Source: a virus (Duplodnaviria > Caudoviricetes). Taken from it: a stretch of 31,761 nucleotides of DNA. The stretch lies in the IMG/VR virus record IMGVR_UViG_3300033481_000007, positions 1 to 31,761 of that record; one strand, given 5' to 3'. Made by a program: the position numbers and the translations under genes. Positions 25,011 to 31,761 of this stretch are shown one piece after another (the first letter of the stretch is position 1; each line of letters begins with the position of its first letter). A model generated the notes under the pieces. It was not told where the DNA came from. It did no database searches and was given only the letters and a program-made list of their open reading frames with translations.

Positions 25011-25250
25011 GGGAAAGGGGGAAAAAGTGTCAATTCACACGGGTTCATCAACAATCTCGACTAGGTACATGGGGGGAAAGGGGGGAAGTGTAGAAAAGAC
25101 AGAAGGGGAGGGGGAGACGAGGAATGGAGCGGTCTATAAGACTACTGACAGTCTATTATCATTTCCCCTTTCCCTTTTATTAGATAACTAATTGTAATCA
25201 CATAAGAACCGAGGGGAGACAGGGGGGAAGGAATCGAGGGAAAGGGAAAT
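25011..25250. other. Putative replication origin: purine-skewed G-run iterons around an AT-rich patch
   Basis: GGGAAAGGG(G)nAA at 25011, 25074, 25238 (+) and 25161-25174 (-); AT-rich 25175-25207; directly after the primase-helicase. Confidence 0.5.
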
Positions 25251-25291
25251 CGACAGTATCAACCGAACGGAATCAACAGGAGGAACGGAAC

Positions 25292-25780
25292 ATGGGTTCA
25301 ATGGCACGAAGCAAAGGTCAGAGAGGGGAACGAGAAATTGTGGCGCTCCTGCAGGCTGTGGTCAACGAGGTCTACACCGCATACAACAGGAAGGTCATCA
25401 GTACGACCGAGTCAGAGCTCGTCCAATACCGGACTCTTGAAGTCCCCTTGCTCCAACGAAACACGATCCAGTCCGACCGGGGCGGGTATGACATCGTCGG
25501 TCTGGACTGGCTCGCTCCTGAGGTCAAGCGGTGTGAGACCTATCAGCTATCCACGTGGTGGCAGCAGTGCAGGGCGCAGGCGAAGCCTCACCAGACTCCG
25601 GTTCTGTTCTATCGGCGGAACAATGTCCCTTGGCGCGTCCGCATGATTGGGAAGCTTCCTATAGCCCAGGGACGCGCCGTCCGCGTGGTCGTTGACATCG
25701 CCATCGGAGCGTTCATGCTGTATCTCCGAGAGCGACTAGTCGACGAGCTCAAGAAGGGAGTTGCCAATGGCATCCGATGA
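25292..25780 (+). CDS. Holliday junction resolvase-like PD-(D/E)XK nuclease
   Basis: SKGQRGEREI, RN..QS..GG.DI, EVKR.E, WW.Q, PVL.YR.N...W; AGGAGG SD. Confidence 0.8.
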   Translation: MGSMARSKGQRGEREIVALLQAVVNEVYTAYNRKVISTTESELVQYRTLEVPLLQRNTIQSDRGGYDIVGLDWLAPEVKRCETYQLSTWWQQCRAQAKPHQTPVLFYRRNNVPWRVRMIGKLPIAQGRAVRVVVDIAIGAFMLYLRERLVDELKKGVANGIR

Positions 25781-26369
25781 AGAGGTGGAGCGAGCACTGC
25801 AAGCCAAGCTGGAGAGGCTTCAATCTTTGGCTGATGAGTTGAAGGCGAGGGACGTGCCGTGTCTCACGATCCAGCAAACCAGGGAAGTAGCTCAGATCCA
25901 CTCCGAGATGGAGGCTGTCAAGTCCGCTCCGTTATCGGAATTTTGCTCGAAGTGCGGGACTCACAATATCTCTGTTGTTGTGGGAGCGGGAATCTACTCG
26001 TATCGCTGTGAGCACTGTGGGCACCTGTGGATAGCGGAAGTAGTGAGTCCTGCGCATGTCCTCCGGAACTGGGATCCTCCTCCTAAGGAGCCAGATGAGG
26101 AAATTCGCTACTCGGTCTCTCGTGACCCCATTACCGGGGAACCAATCTACCGGCGTGATGTGCCTTCTCCTGCGATCCAGCAAACCAGGGAAGTAACGCT
26201 GCGCAGGCGAGTTGCCGAGCTGGAGAATCAGCTTAACTCCGCCAACGCCCAAGTGCTGGACTTCAAACAACAGGTGGAGCGTTATGCGGACGAGCTGAGC
26301 AAGGCACGTCGTCGCATATCGGTCCTAGCTTGGCGCCTTGATTCTAGAGGGCGGGTCAACGATGATTGA
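25767..26369 (+). CDS. Coiled-coil protein with internal zinc ribbon
   Basis: ATG 25767 with GGGAG SD; CSKC...CEHC flanked by coiled coils; internal 23-nt direct repeat. Confidence 0.65.
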   Translation: MASDEEVERALQAKLERLQSLADELKARDVPCLTIQQTREVAQIHSEMEAVKSAPLSEFCSKCGTHNISVVVGAGIYSYRCEHCGHLWIAEVVSPAHVLRNWDPPPKEPDEEIRYSVSRDPITGEPIYRRDVPSPAIQQTREVTLRRRVAELENQLNSANAQVLDFKQQVERYADELSKARRRISVLAWRLDSRGRVNDD

Positions 26370-26399
26370 GCTCACCACGCTAGGAGAGATTGACCGCAG

Positions 26400-26483
26400 A
26401 TGACAGTAGACCCCGCAATATGGGTAGGAGTGCTAGTGCTCATAGCCGTATTGCTAAGCCATCGAGAATCACGGAGAATGTGA
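26400..26483 (+). CDS. 27-aa single-TM microprotein (not in the ORF track)
   Basis: MTVDPAIWVGVLVLIAVLLSHRESRRM*; AGGAG upstream; ATGA-coupled to a 13-codon ORF at 26362. Confidence 0.4.
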   Translation: MTVDPAIWVGVLVLIAVLLSHRESRRM

Positions 26484-26485
26484 CC

Positions 26486-26686
26486 ATGTACTATTGCAGT
26501 GATCCCAAACACGAAGGACAACCGAAGCGCGCAGAAAAGATCCTAACGTGCTCCGAATGTGGAAAGGCTTTTGGGCGATGCGAGGCGTGTTTGCTAGCTC
26601 GCCCGCGCGGGCTGAGGCTGTCCATGGCAGCGCACTGGAGTTCGGTGCATGCTAGGTTCGTTTCTTCGCGTCTTCCAAGAGAATAA
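26486..26686 (+). CDS. Small zinc-finger protein (66 aa)
   Basis: GGAG SD; C....H, CSECGK...CEAC, H....H. Confidence 0.6.
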   Translation: MYYCSDPKHEGQPKRAEKILTCSECGKAFGRCEACLLARPRGLRLSMAAHWSSVHARFVSSRLPRE

Positions 26687-26700
26687 CAGGAGGAATCGAC

Positions 26701-26901
26701 ATGACAAAGGAAGCAATCCGAAAGAAGCTAGACGAGCTCCCTCGTTATCGCCCTGTAGTGGATGGTATAGGGCGCCCGACCATGAGCATGCATCTGGCGC
26801 AGTGGGACGTGGACTGCCTCGGCTGGCTCAATGTGGAAGCAGTGTACTCTCTGCTCGAAGGACTGGAGTCCCAAGAAAGGCCCAATTCAACATGCGCATA
26901 G
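26701..26901 (+). CDS. Hypothetical protein (66 aa)
   Basis: Strong AGGAGG SD; overlaps the thyX start. Confidence 0.6.
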   Translation: MTKEAIRKKLDELPRYRPVVDGIGRPTMSMHLAQWDVDCLGWLNVEAVYSLLEGLESQERPNSTCA

Positions 26902-27545
26902 TCAAGCCGTCCGTAGAACTGATCCACTGTACTCCCGATCCGGAACGGGTTATAGAGCGCTGCGGACGCGTATGCTACCAGTCGAGCCACAAGGTGACTG
27001 AAGACGGAGCGTCCGCCATTGACCTGATTGGGAAGCTCATTCATAGCGGACACGAGTCAGTGCTAGAGCATGCCAGCGCAGGCTTCTCCATCATCTCCGA
27101 CCGCGGCGTGACTCACGAGCTGGTGAGGCATCGGATTGCATCATTCTCCCAGGAGAGCACGCGTTACTGTGACTACAGCAACGACCGCTTCGGAGGTGAG
27201 TTGCAGTTCATAGAACCGCCAGGTTTGACCGCAGAACCTTGTGAAGATGCCTTTTGCGGAGCGCCCTTGCCGAGCTTACACGAGTTATGGCTGAAAGGTA
27301 TTGCAATGGCAGAGCAAACCTACAAGCGGCTTCGTCAAGAAGGTGTACCGCCTCAAATCGCTCGTTCGGTTCTCCCCAACAGTCTCAAGTCCGAGATCTG
27401 CATGACCGCCAACTTCCGAGAGTGGCGCCATTTCCTGCGTCTCCGCACTTCCCCCAAAGCGCATCCCCAGATGCGCGAGATTGCAGAGATGATCCGTGAT
27501 AGGCTCGTTGTTATATCTCCGGCATGCTTTACGGAAGGAGTCTGA
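26892..27545 (+). CDS. thyX: Flavin-dependent thymidylate synthase
   Basis: GRVCYQS, GHESVLEH, HELVRHRIASFSQESTRY, ARSVLPN, NFREWRHFLRLR, AHPQMR; start ATG 26892. Confidence 0.96.
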   Translation: MRIVKPSVELIHCTPDPERVIERCGRVCYQSSHKVTEDGASAIDLIGKLIHSGHESVLEHASAGFSIISDRGVTHELVRHRIASFSQESTRYCDYSNDRFGGELQFIEPPGLTAEPCEDAFCGAPLPSLHELWLKGIAMAEQTYKRLRQEGVPPQIARSVLPNSLKSEICMTANFREWRHFLRLRTSPKAHPQMREIAEMIRDRLVVISPACFTEGV

Positions 27546-27547
27546 CC

Positions 27548-27958
27548 ATGAGTGAGGATCGCGAGATTGAACCCGGGAGCGCCATGGCTCATGCGACCGA
27601 GCTGGAGTCTACAATCGAGGAGCTAAAGGAGCGGCTTGACCGCCGCTTCGAGCAGCTCGAGAAGGTGCGTGATTACTTCGGCATTGGTCAAGTGGAATGG
27701 TATCAGTTCATGCTCGGCGGATGCGTGAGACTCCATAAGAGTCCGCTGGACAAGTTGGCTAAGGCTAGGGCCTTGAATGTGAGACTCGGCAGGAGAGTGG
27801 CAGAGCTCCTGCGCGAGTTGAAGGCCGCGCGGATAGCTCTCGCCGAAGCCGAATCCTCGGCAGTCTCACATGACGACCGTGCCGGGATGGAGATGCTGCC
27901 TGGTTTGGTCCACCTTTCTGAGGACGTGGGCGAGTCTGACGACGCGCGTCCCTACTAG
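27548..27958 (+). CDS. Hypothetical coiled-coil protein (136 aa)
   Basis: GAAGGAG SD before ATG 27548. Confidence 0.6.
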   Translation: MSEDREIEPGSAMAHATELESTIEELKERLDRRFEQLEKVRDYFGIGQVEWYQFMLGGCVRLHKSPLDKLAKARALNVRLGRRVAELLRELKAARIALAEAESSAVSHDDRAGMEMLPGLVHLSEDVGESDDARPY

Positions 27959-28043
27959 GTGCCCAGAGTCCCTTGCCCTCCGCCCACGATTGGCGCATTG
28001 CTAGGTCAGCTGTAAACGCAACGCTGAAACCAAGAGGAGTTCA

Positions 28044-28376
28044 ATGGGCCTAGTCGACCACAAGGAAATCGAAGCCATGGTTCTTGCGGGGGCGGCCGGG
28101 CTGTTGGGGTACTGCATGCGAACCATACAGAGTGGCAAGCGACTTCGCTTCCTCCAGGCAATTGTGGAGACGACCAGCGCTGGGCTCGCTGGCTACTTGG
28201 TCCATCATCTCTGCGAGGCGATGAAGATTGACCACCCTTGGTCGCCAATCGTTATAGGCATCTTCGGATGGATGGGAGCGTCTGGGTCGGTCGTTATCCT
28301 CCAGAAGTTTGTTCTCAAGCGTCTCGGAATTCGGGAGAAGCGCCATGGCCGCGGACGACGTTCCTCCGACGAATGA
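28044..28376 (+). CDS. Holin (LydA-like, three TM segments, basic C-terminus)
   Basis: AGLLGYCMR, AGLAGYLV, GIFGWMGA; GAGGAG SD. Confidence 0.75.
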   Translation: MGLVDHKEIEAMVLAGAAGLLGYCMRTIQSGKRLRFLQAIVETTSAGLAGYLVHHLCEAMKIDHPWSPIVIGIFGWMGASGSVVILQKFVLKRLGIREKRHGRGRRSSDE

Positions 28377-28929
28377 ACCCCCGCCCTGGCTCAGGGTCGT
28401 AAGGGACCCGCCTCCGGAGAAGGAGTCTCATCCGAACCAGTATGCCAAGACGAGCGCCACCCAAAGAAAGCTCGCCAAGAGGCAGACCGCTCTCCGCCCC
28501 CATATGCAGCAACGGCGCGACCGATACATCGCGGCCCTGTTGCAGGGAGCGACCAGGACAGAGGCCGCATTGGCGGCGGGGGTTCCAAAGCGTAGCGCCG
28601 CCCGTCAGGGATGCGAGCTCTGGTGGGAGCCCTATGTTCAGGAGAAGTTCCGAGAACTGCGCGAGGCCCTGTCCGACGAGCAGCTCCTGACTCGGGCAGA
28701 GCTCGTGCTCAATGTCAAGGGGATCGCCTTCGATCCCAAGAACCGAGCGCTGGCGCGGGTGGCTGCCTCAAACCTGCTCGCCGAGATTATGGACTTCAAG
28801 TCCCCGGTCAAGGTCGACCAGCGATTCCTCGGCGGAGTCATGGTCGTCCACTCTACCGGATCCATGGATGACTGGGAGAAAGCTGCTCGCGAGGCTCAGA
28901 AACAGCTTCGTGCGGATGTAGCCAAATGA
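28345..28929 (+). CDS. Terminase small subunit
   Basis: YI.ALL.GATRTEAALAAG...AA..G..L...P.V; RVAA...LA; GGVMVV...DDWE.AA..AQ..L; upstream of TerL. Confidence 0.75.
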   Translation: MAADDVPPTNEPPPWLRVVRDPPPEKESHPNQYAKTSATQRKLAKRQTALRPHMQQRRDRYIAALLQGATRTEAALAAGVPKRSAARQGCELWWEPYVQEKFRELREALSDEQLLTRAELVLNVKGIAFDPKNRALARVAASNLLAEIMDFKSPVKVDQRFLGGVMVVHSTGSMDDWEKAAREAQKQLRADVAK

Positions 28930-28938
28930 GGAGGACGT

Positions 28939-29154
28939 ATGTCACTGAGCAAGGCACGAGTATGCTTCTCCGACGGATCAGTTGCTGTGTTCAACCGCGC
29001 GGAGCAGTTTGAGCACGGATGTGGACGGTTTGTAGTTCTTCACCTGCGAGGCCGTAACGGAGAGGCCAGGGAGATATCCTTCGATGAGAGCAGTGTGGTG
29101 AGTACTGAGCTCGTGAAGAACGCTACACAGATAGGATTTCGGTATGGATCCTAA
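28939..29154 (+). CDS. Hypothetical protein (71 aa)
   Basis: GAGGAGG SD; part of the gene chain. Confidence 0.55.
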   Translation: MSLSKARVCFSDGSVAVFNRAEQFEHGCGRFVVLHLRGRNGEAREISFDESSVVSTELVKNATQIGFRYGS

Positions 29155-29452
29155 CAGGACTGACATTACGGTTGGGTGGCAGAAGAGAGTCGAGGAGCTC
29201 CGCCAGATCCTTCGAAACTGCGACCACAGCGGAAAGCGCCTCACAAACGACATCGGAGAGGAGTTCTGCGAGCGATGCGGGCTCAAGATGGAGAAGCCGT
29301 GCGAGGGGGTCAACGTGAAACAGGCACCCGATGATTTCCCGTACCGCAAGTTCCTGGCAGACGTTGCCGCAGAGGTCCGGAAAGACCCGACGTTGAGGCG
29401 GGCAGCGAACGGACTCCTTTGGGTAGACAGGAATCCAGAAAGGAAGCGGTAG
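29144..29452 (+). CDS. Hypothetical protein with C.H...C..C motif (102 aa)
   Basis: Overlapping gene chain; CDH...FCERCG. Confidence 0.55.
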   Translation: MDPNRTDITVGWQKRVEELRQILRNCDHSGKRLTNDIGEEFCERCGLKMEKPCEGVNVKQAPDDFPYRKFLADVAAEVRKDPTLRRAANGLLWVDRNPERKR

Positions 29453-29453
29453 C

Positions 29454-29711
29454 ATGAGTACAATGCAAGAAGAGAGCTATCAAGAGTGTCCGCAGTCAAT
29501 GGTGGTCATGGCGTCGGGACTGGTCGCTCCGAAGTCGACGGTGGAGGAAGCGGCTGAGCAGCGCCGCGCGATTGCGGCCGATGCCAAGCGTAGGCGCGTT
29601 CTTCTCGACCAGCTCCCGCGAAGGTCGCGGCGCCTGTACCATCATCGGATCAAGGCTGGCGACGACCACGAGCGTGCCCTTGCTCTGGCGGTACTGAAGT
29701 CGAGGCGCTAA
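29454..29711 (+). CDS. Hypothetical basic protein (85 aa)
   Basis: AAAGGAAG SD; abuts both neighbours. Confidence 0.55.
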   Translation: MSTMQEESYQECPQSMVVMASGLVAPKSTVEEAAEQRRAIAADAKRRRVLLDQLPRRSRRLYHHRIKAGDDHERALALAVLKSRR

Positions 29712-29714
29712 AGA

Positions 29715-31226
29715 GTGCAGGCATCCGACCGGGTCATATGGGAGCCCCTCAAGGGATCTCAGGCACTGACAACCGCCTGCCGGTGTAACCACATACTGTC
29801 GGCCGGAACGAGGGGTCCCGGCAAGACGGATGCTCAACTCATGTTCTTCCGCCAATTCGTTGGTCTGGGGTATGGGGCGTTCTGGCGAGGGGTCATCTTC
29901 GACCGCGAGTACAAGATGCTGGATGACCTCGTCGCAAAGTCGATGAAGTGGTTCCCTCAATTCGGTGACGGTGCGGAATTCAAGGCCAGCAAGTCGGACT
30001 ATAAGTGGGTCTGGCCGACTGGAGAGGAGCTCCTGTTTCGGTCCATCAAGAAGGGAACCGACTATTGGAACTACCACGGTCACGAGTTCCCCTTCATCGG
30101 ATGGAATGAGCTTACGAAGTACCCGACGAGCGAGCTCTATGACTCCATGATGGCGTGCAATCGGAGTTCCTTCCTCCCGCACGTAAACGGCCCGCGGAAC
30201 CGCAAGACCGGACAGATTGAGCGTCTTCTCCCAGAGATTCCTCTGGTCGTGTTTAGCACCACGAACCCCTACGGCCCCGGACACAATTGGGTTAAGTCTC
30301 AATTCATCGATGCCGGGGACCCGGGCGAAGTCATGCGGACGACCGTGGACGTGTTCAATCCACGGACTAGACAGCGCGAGCCGATAACGAAGACACAGAC
30401 CTGGATCTTCGGATCGTATAAAGAGAACTGGTACTTGAGCCCCGAATACATAATGGAGCTCGAGAAGATTAAGGACCCCGTCAAGCGCAAGGCATGGTTG
30501 ATGGGGGATTGGAACATCGTCGTCGGCGGAGCTTTCGACGACGTGTGGTCATCTCGCATCATCATCCCGCGCTTTCAGGTTCCGACTTGCTGGCCAGCTA
30601 CCCGGTCACTTGACTGGGGGTCCACGCATCCGTTCTCGGTCGGGTTCTGGGTCCGTGCTAATGGCGAGGCAGCGACGATGCCCAACGGGGATCTATTCTG
30701 TCCTCCGGCAGGTACACTTATCCGCATCGACGAGTGGTATGGAACCGAGAAGATTGGGACCAATAAGGGTCTCAAGATGAGTGCCAAGCTAGTCGCGGCC
30801 GGGATCAAGGAACGAGAAGAGGCTCTGCGGCGCAACGGGTGGCTGTCGGATCGAGTGTATCCAGGACCTGCTGACAATCAGATTGGCACTGTCAACGATT
30901 CAGGGACCGAGACTATCAAGGCTCGCATGGCAGCCGATGGAATTGAGTGGGACGACTGCGACAAGTCTCCGGGGTCGCGCAAGCTGGGGTTCCAGGCTGC
31001 TCGGGACCGCTTCGAGGCGGTAGGGACTGGCGACGCTCCCGCCTGCTACATCACCGAGAACTGTAAGGCTGCCCGAGCACTGTTGCCTACCCTGCCCAGG
31101 GATGAGGAGAATCCTGACGACATCGACACAGATGCCGAGGACCACTTGTGGGACGAGATGCGTTTGGAGTTACTACACGGAGGCAACGTCATGGCGACGA
31201 CGCTTGACCTCCACTTCCCGTCATAA
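29715..31226 (+). CDS. terL: Terminase large subunit
   Basis: W.P..GSQ, GTRGPGKTD, YHGHEFPFIGWNEL, TTNPYGPGHNWVK, AWL.GDW, DWGS..PFS, GPADNQI, DT.AEDH.WD. Confidence 0.93.
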   Translation: MQASDRVIWEPLKGSQALTTACRCNHILSAGTRGPGKTDAQLMFFRQFVGLGYGAFWRGVIFDREYKMLDDLVAKSMKWFPQFGDGAEFKASKSDYKWVWPTGEELLFRSIKKGTDYWNYHGHEFPFIGWNELTKYPTSELYDSMMACNRSSFLPHVNGPRNRKTGQIERLLPEIPLVVFSTTNPYGPGHNWVKSQFIDAGDPGEVMRTTVDVFNPRTRQREPITKTQTWIFGSYKENWYLSPEYIMELEKIKDPVKRKAWLMGDWNIVVGGAFDDVWSSRIIIPRFQVPTCWPATRSLDWGSTHPFSVGFWVRANGEAATMPNGDLFCPPAGTLIRIDEWYGTEKIGTNKGLKMSAKLVAAGIKEREEALRRNGWLSDRVYPGPADNQIGTVNDSGTETIKARMAADGIEWDDCDKSPGSRKLGFQAARDRFEAVGTGDAPACYITENCKAARALLPTLPRDEENPDDIDTDAEDHLWDEMRLELLHGGNVMATTLDLHFPS

Positions 31227-31235
31227 GGGGGAACG

Positions 31236-31761
31236 ATGACCACACCGAATGTTGCGTATATCCGGCCCGAGGTTGAGGAGATGCTCCCTCAGTGGGATCT
31301 TATCCGCGATGCAATCGCTGGCGAGGTTGCAGTCAAGGCCAAGACCGACACCTATCTCCCACGACCGAATGCCGCCGACCGGTCAGAGGAGAATCAAGCT
31401 CGGTACGATAGCTATATCCTCCGGGCCAATTTCTACAACGTGACTGGGAGGACGCACCAGGGTCTGGTGGGACAGTGCTTTCAAAAGGACCCAGTTCTCG
31501 AGCTTCCCTCGAACCTGAAGATCCTGGAGAAGGACATCGATGGAAGCGGCGTGACCCTTCTCCAGCAAGCAAAGCGCGCCGTCGGGAACGTCCTTGATTA
31601 CGGGCGCTCGGGATTGCTGGCGGACTACCCATCTGTCGGGGAGAGGGCTGCGAGCATTGCGGATCTTCGCGCGGGGCTCATTCGACCCACGGTTGTCCTA
31701 TACGATCCGTGGGACATCATCAACTGGCGCACGACCGCGGTCGGCGGGAATCAGCTGCTCA
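31236..31761 (+). CDS. Portal protein (DUF4055-type), N-terminal part, runs off the window
   Basis: MTTPNVAYFRPE...W.LIRD...GE..VK....YLP.P...RY..Y..RA.FYNVT.RT..GL.G..F; DIDG.G; GR.GLL.DYP; IINWR. Confidence 0.9.
   Translation, partial: MTTPNVAYIRPEVEEMLPQWDLIRDAIAGEVAVKAKTDTYLPRPNAADRSEENQARYDSYILRANFYNVTGRTHQGLVGQCFQKDPVLELPSNLKILEKDIDGSGVTLLQQAKRAVGNVLDYGRSGLLADYPSVGERAASIADLRAGLIRPTVVLYDPWDIINWRTTAVGGNQLL

Noticed and set aside
25003-25191. 62-aa ORF after the primase
   Set aside because: Low-complexity translation of the G-run region; more likely non-coding
26649-27545. 298-aa version of ThyX
   Set aside because: The extension overlaps a 66-aa gene with a strong SD; ThyX homology starts at MRIVKP (26892)
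29496-30302. Long antisense ORFs (e.g. 268 aa opposite terL, 216 aa at 15374, 206 aa at 1487)
   Set aside because: Shadow frames of well-supported genes in GC-rich DNA, with no motifs
1-31761. Stop-codon reassignment, introns or inteins
   Set aside because: Core genes are full length in the standard code, all three stop codons end genes, and polA, helicase and terL show no large insertions

Overview
A 31.8-kb internal segment of a tailed dsDNA phage genome (siphovirus-like). Its gene order resembles the 7-deazaguanine-modifying Queuovirinae/Nipunavirus-type phages (recalled, not searched). Left (+): end of the tail module (DUF2163/BR0599-type hub protein, 1135-aa tail tip protein, LamG-tipped fibre, two small genes). 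Middle (-): family A DNA polymerase, a DnaN/beta-clamp homologue, DpdA, a PRTase-FolE fusion, QueD, QueC and QueE (predicting preQ0-type DNA modification), then small accessory genes and a symmetric divergent control region. A second (-) block holds an SF2 helicase, Cas4-like nuclease, NDT-like enzyme, tRNA-like element, DUF669 SSB and Sak4-like ATPase. Right (+): HTH protein, NrS-1-type primase-helicase, likely origin, resolvase, ThyX, holin, TerS, TerL and the portal start. Most notable: (1) DpdA ends in a clamp-binding motif (QMSLF) right beside the phage's own clamp and polymerase, suggesting clamp-coupled DNA modification; (2) a 225-bp gap-free inverted-repeat module carries two outward-facing sigma54-like promoters and iterated TGCGTCCG boxes; (3) the PRTase-FolE fusion and a QueC lacking its Zn-ligand cysteines; (4) a tRNA-like element with a broken anticodon arm. 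All calls come from reading motifs by eye; no searches were run.
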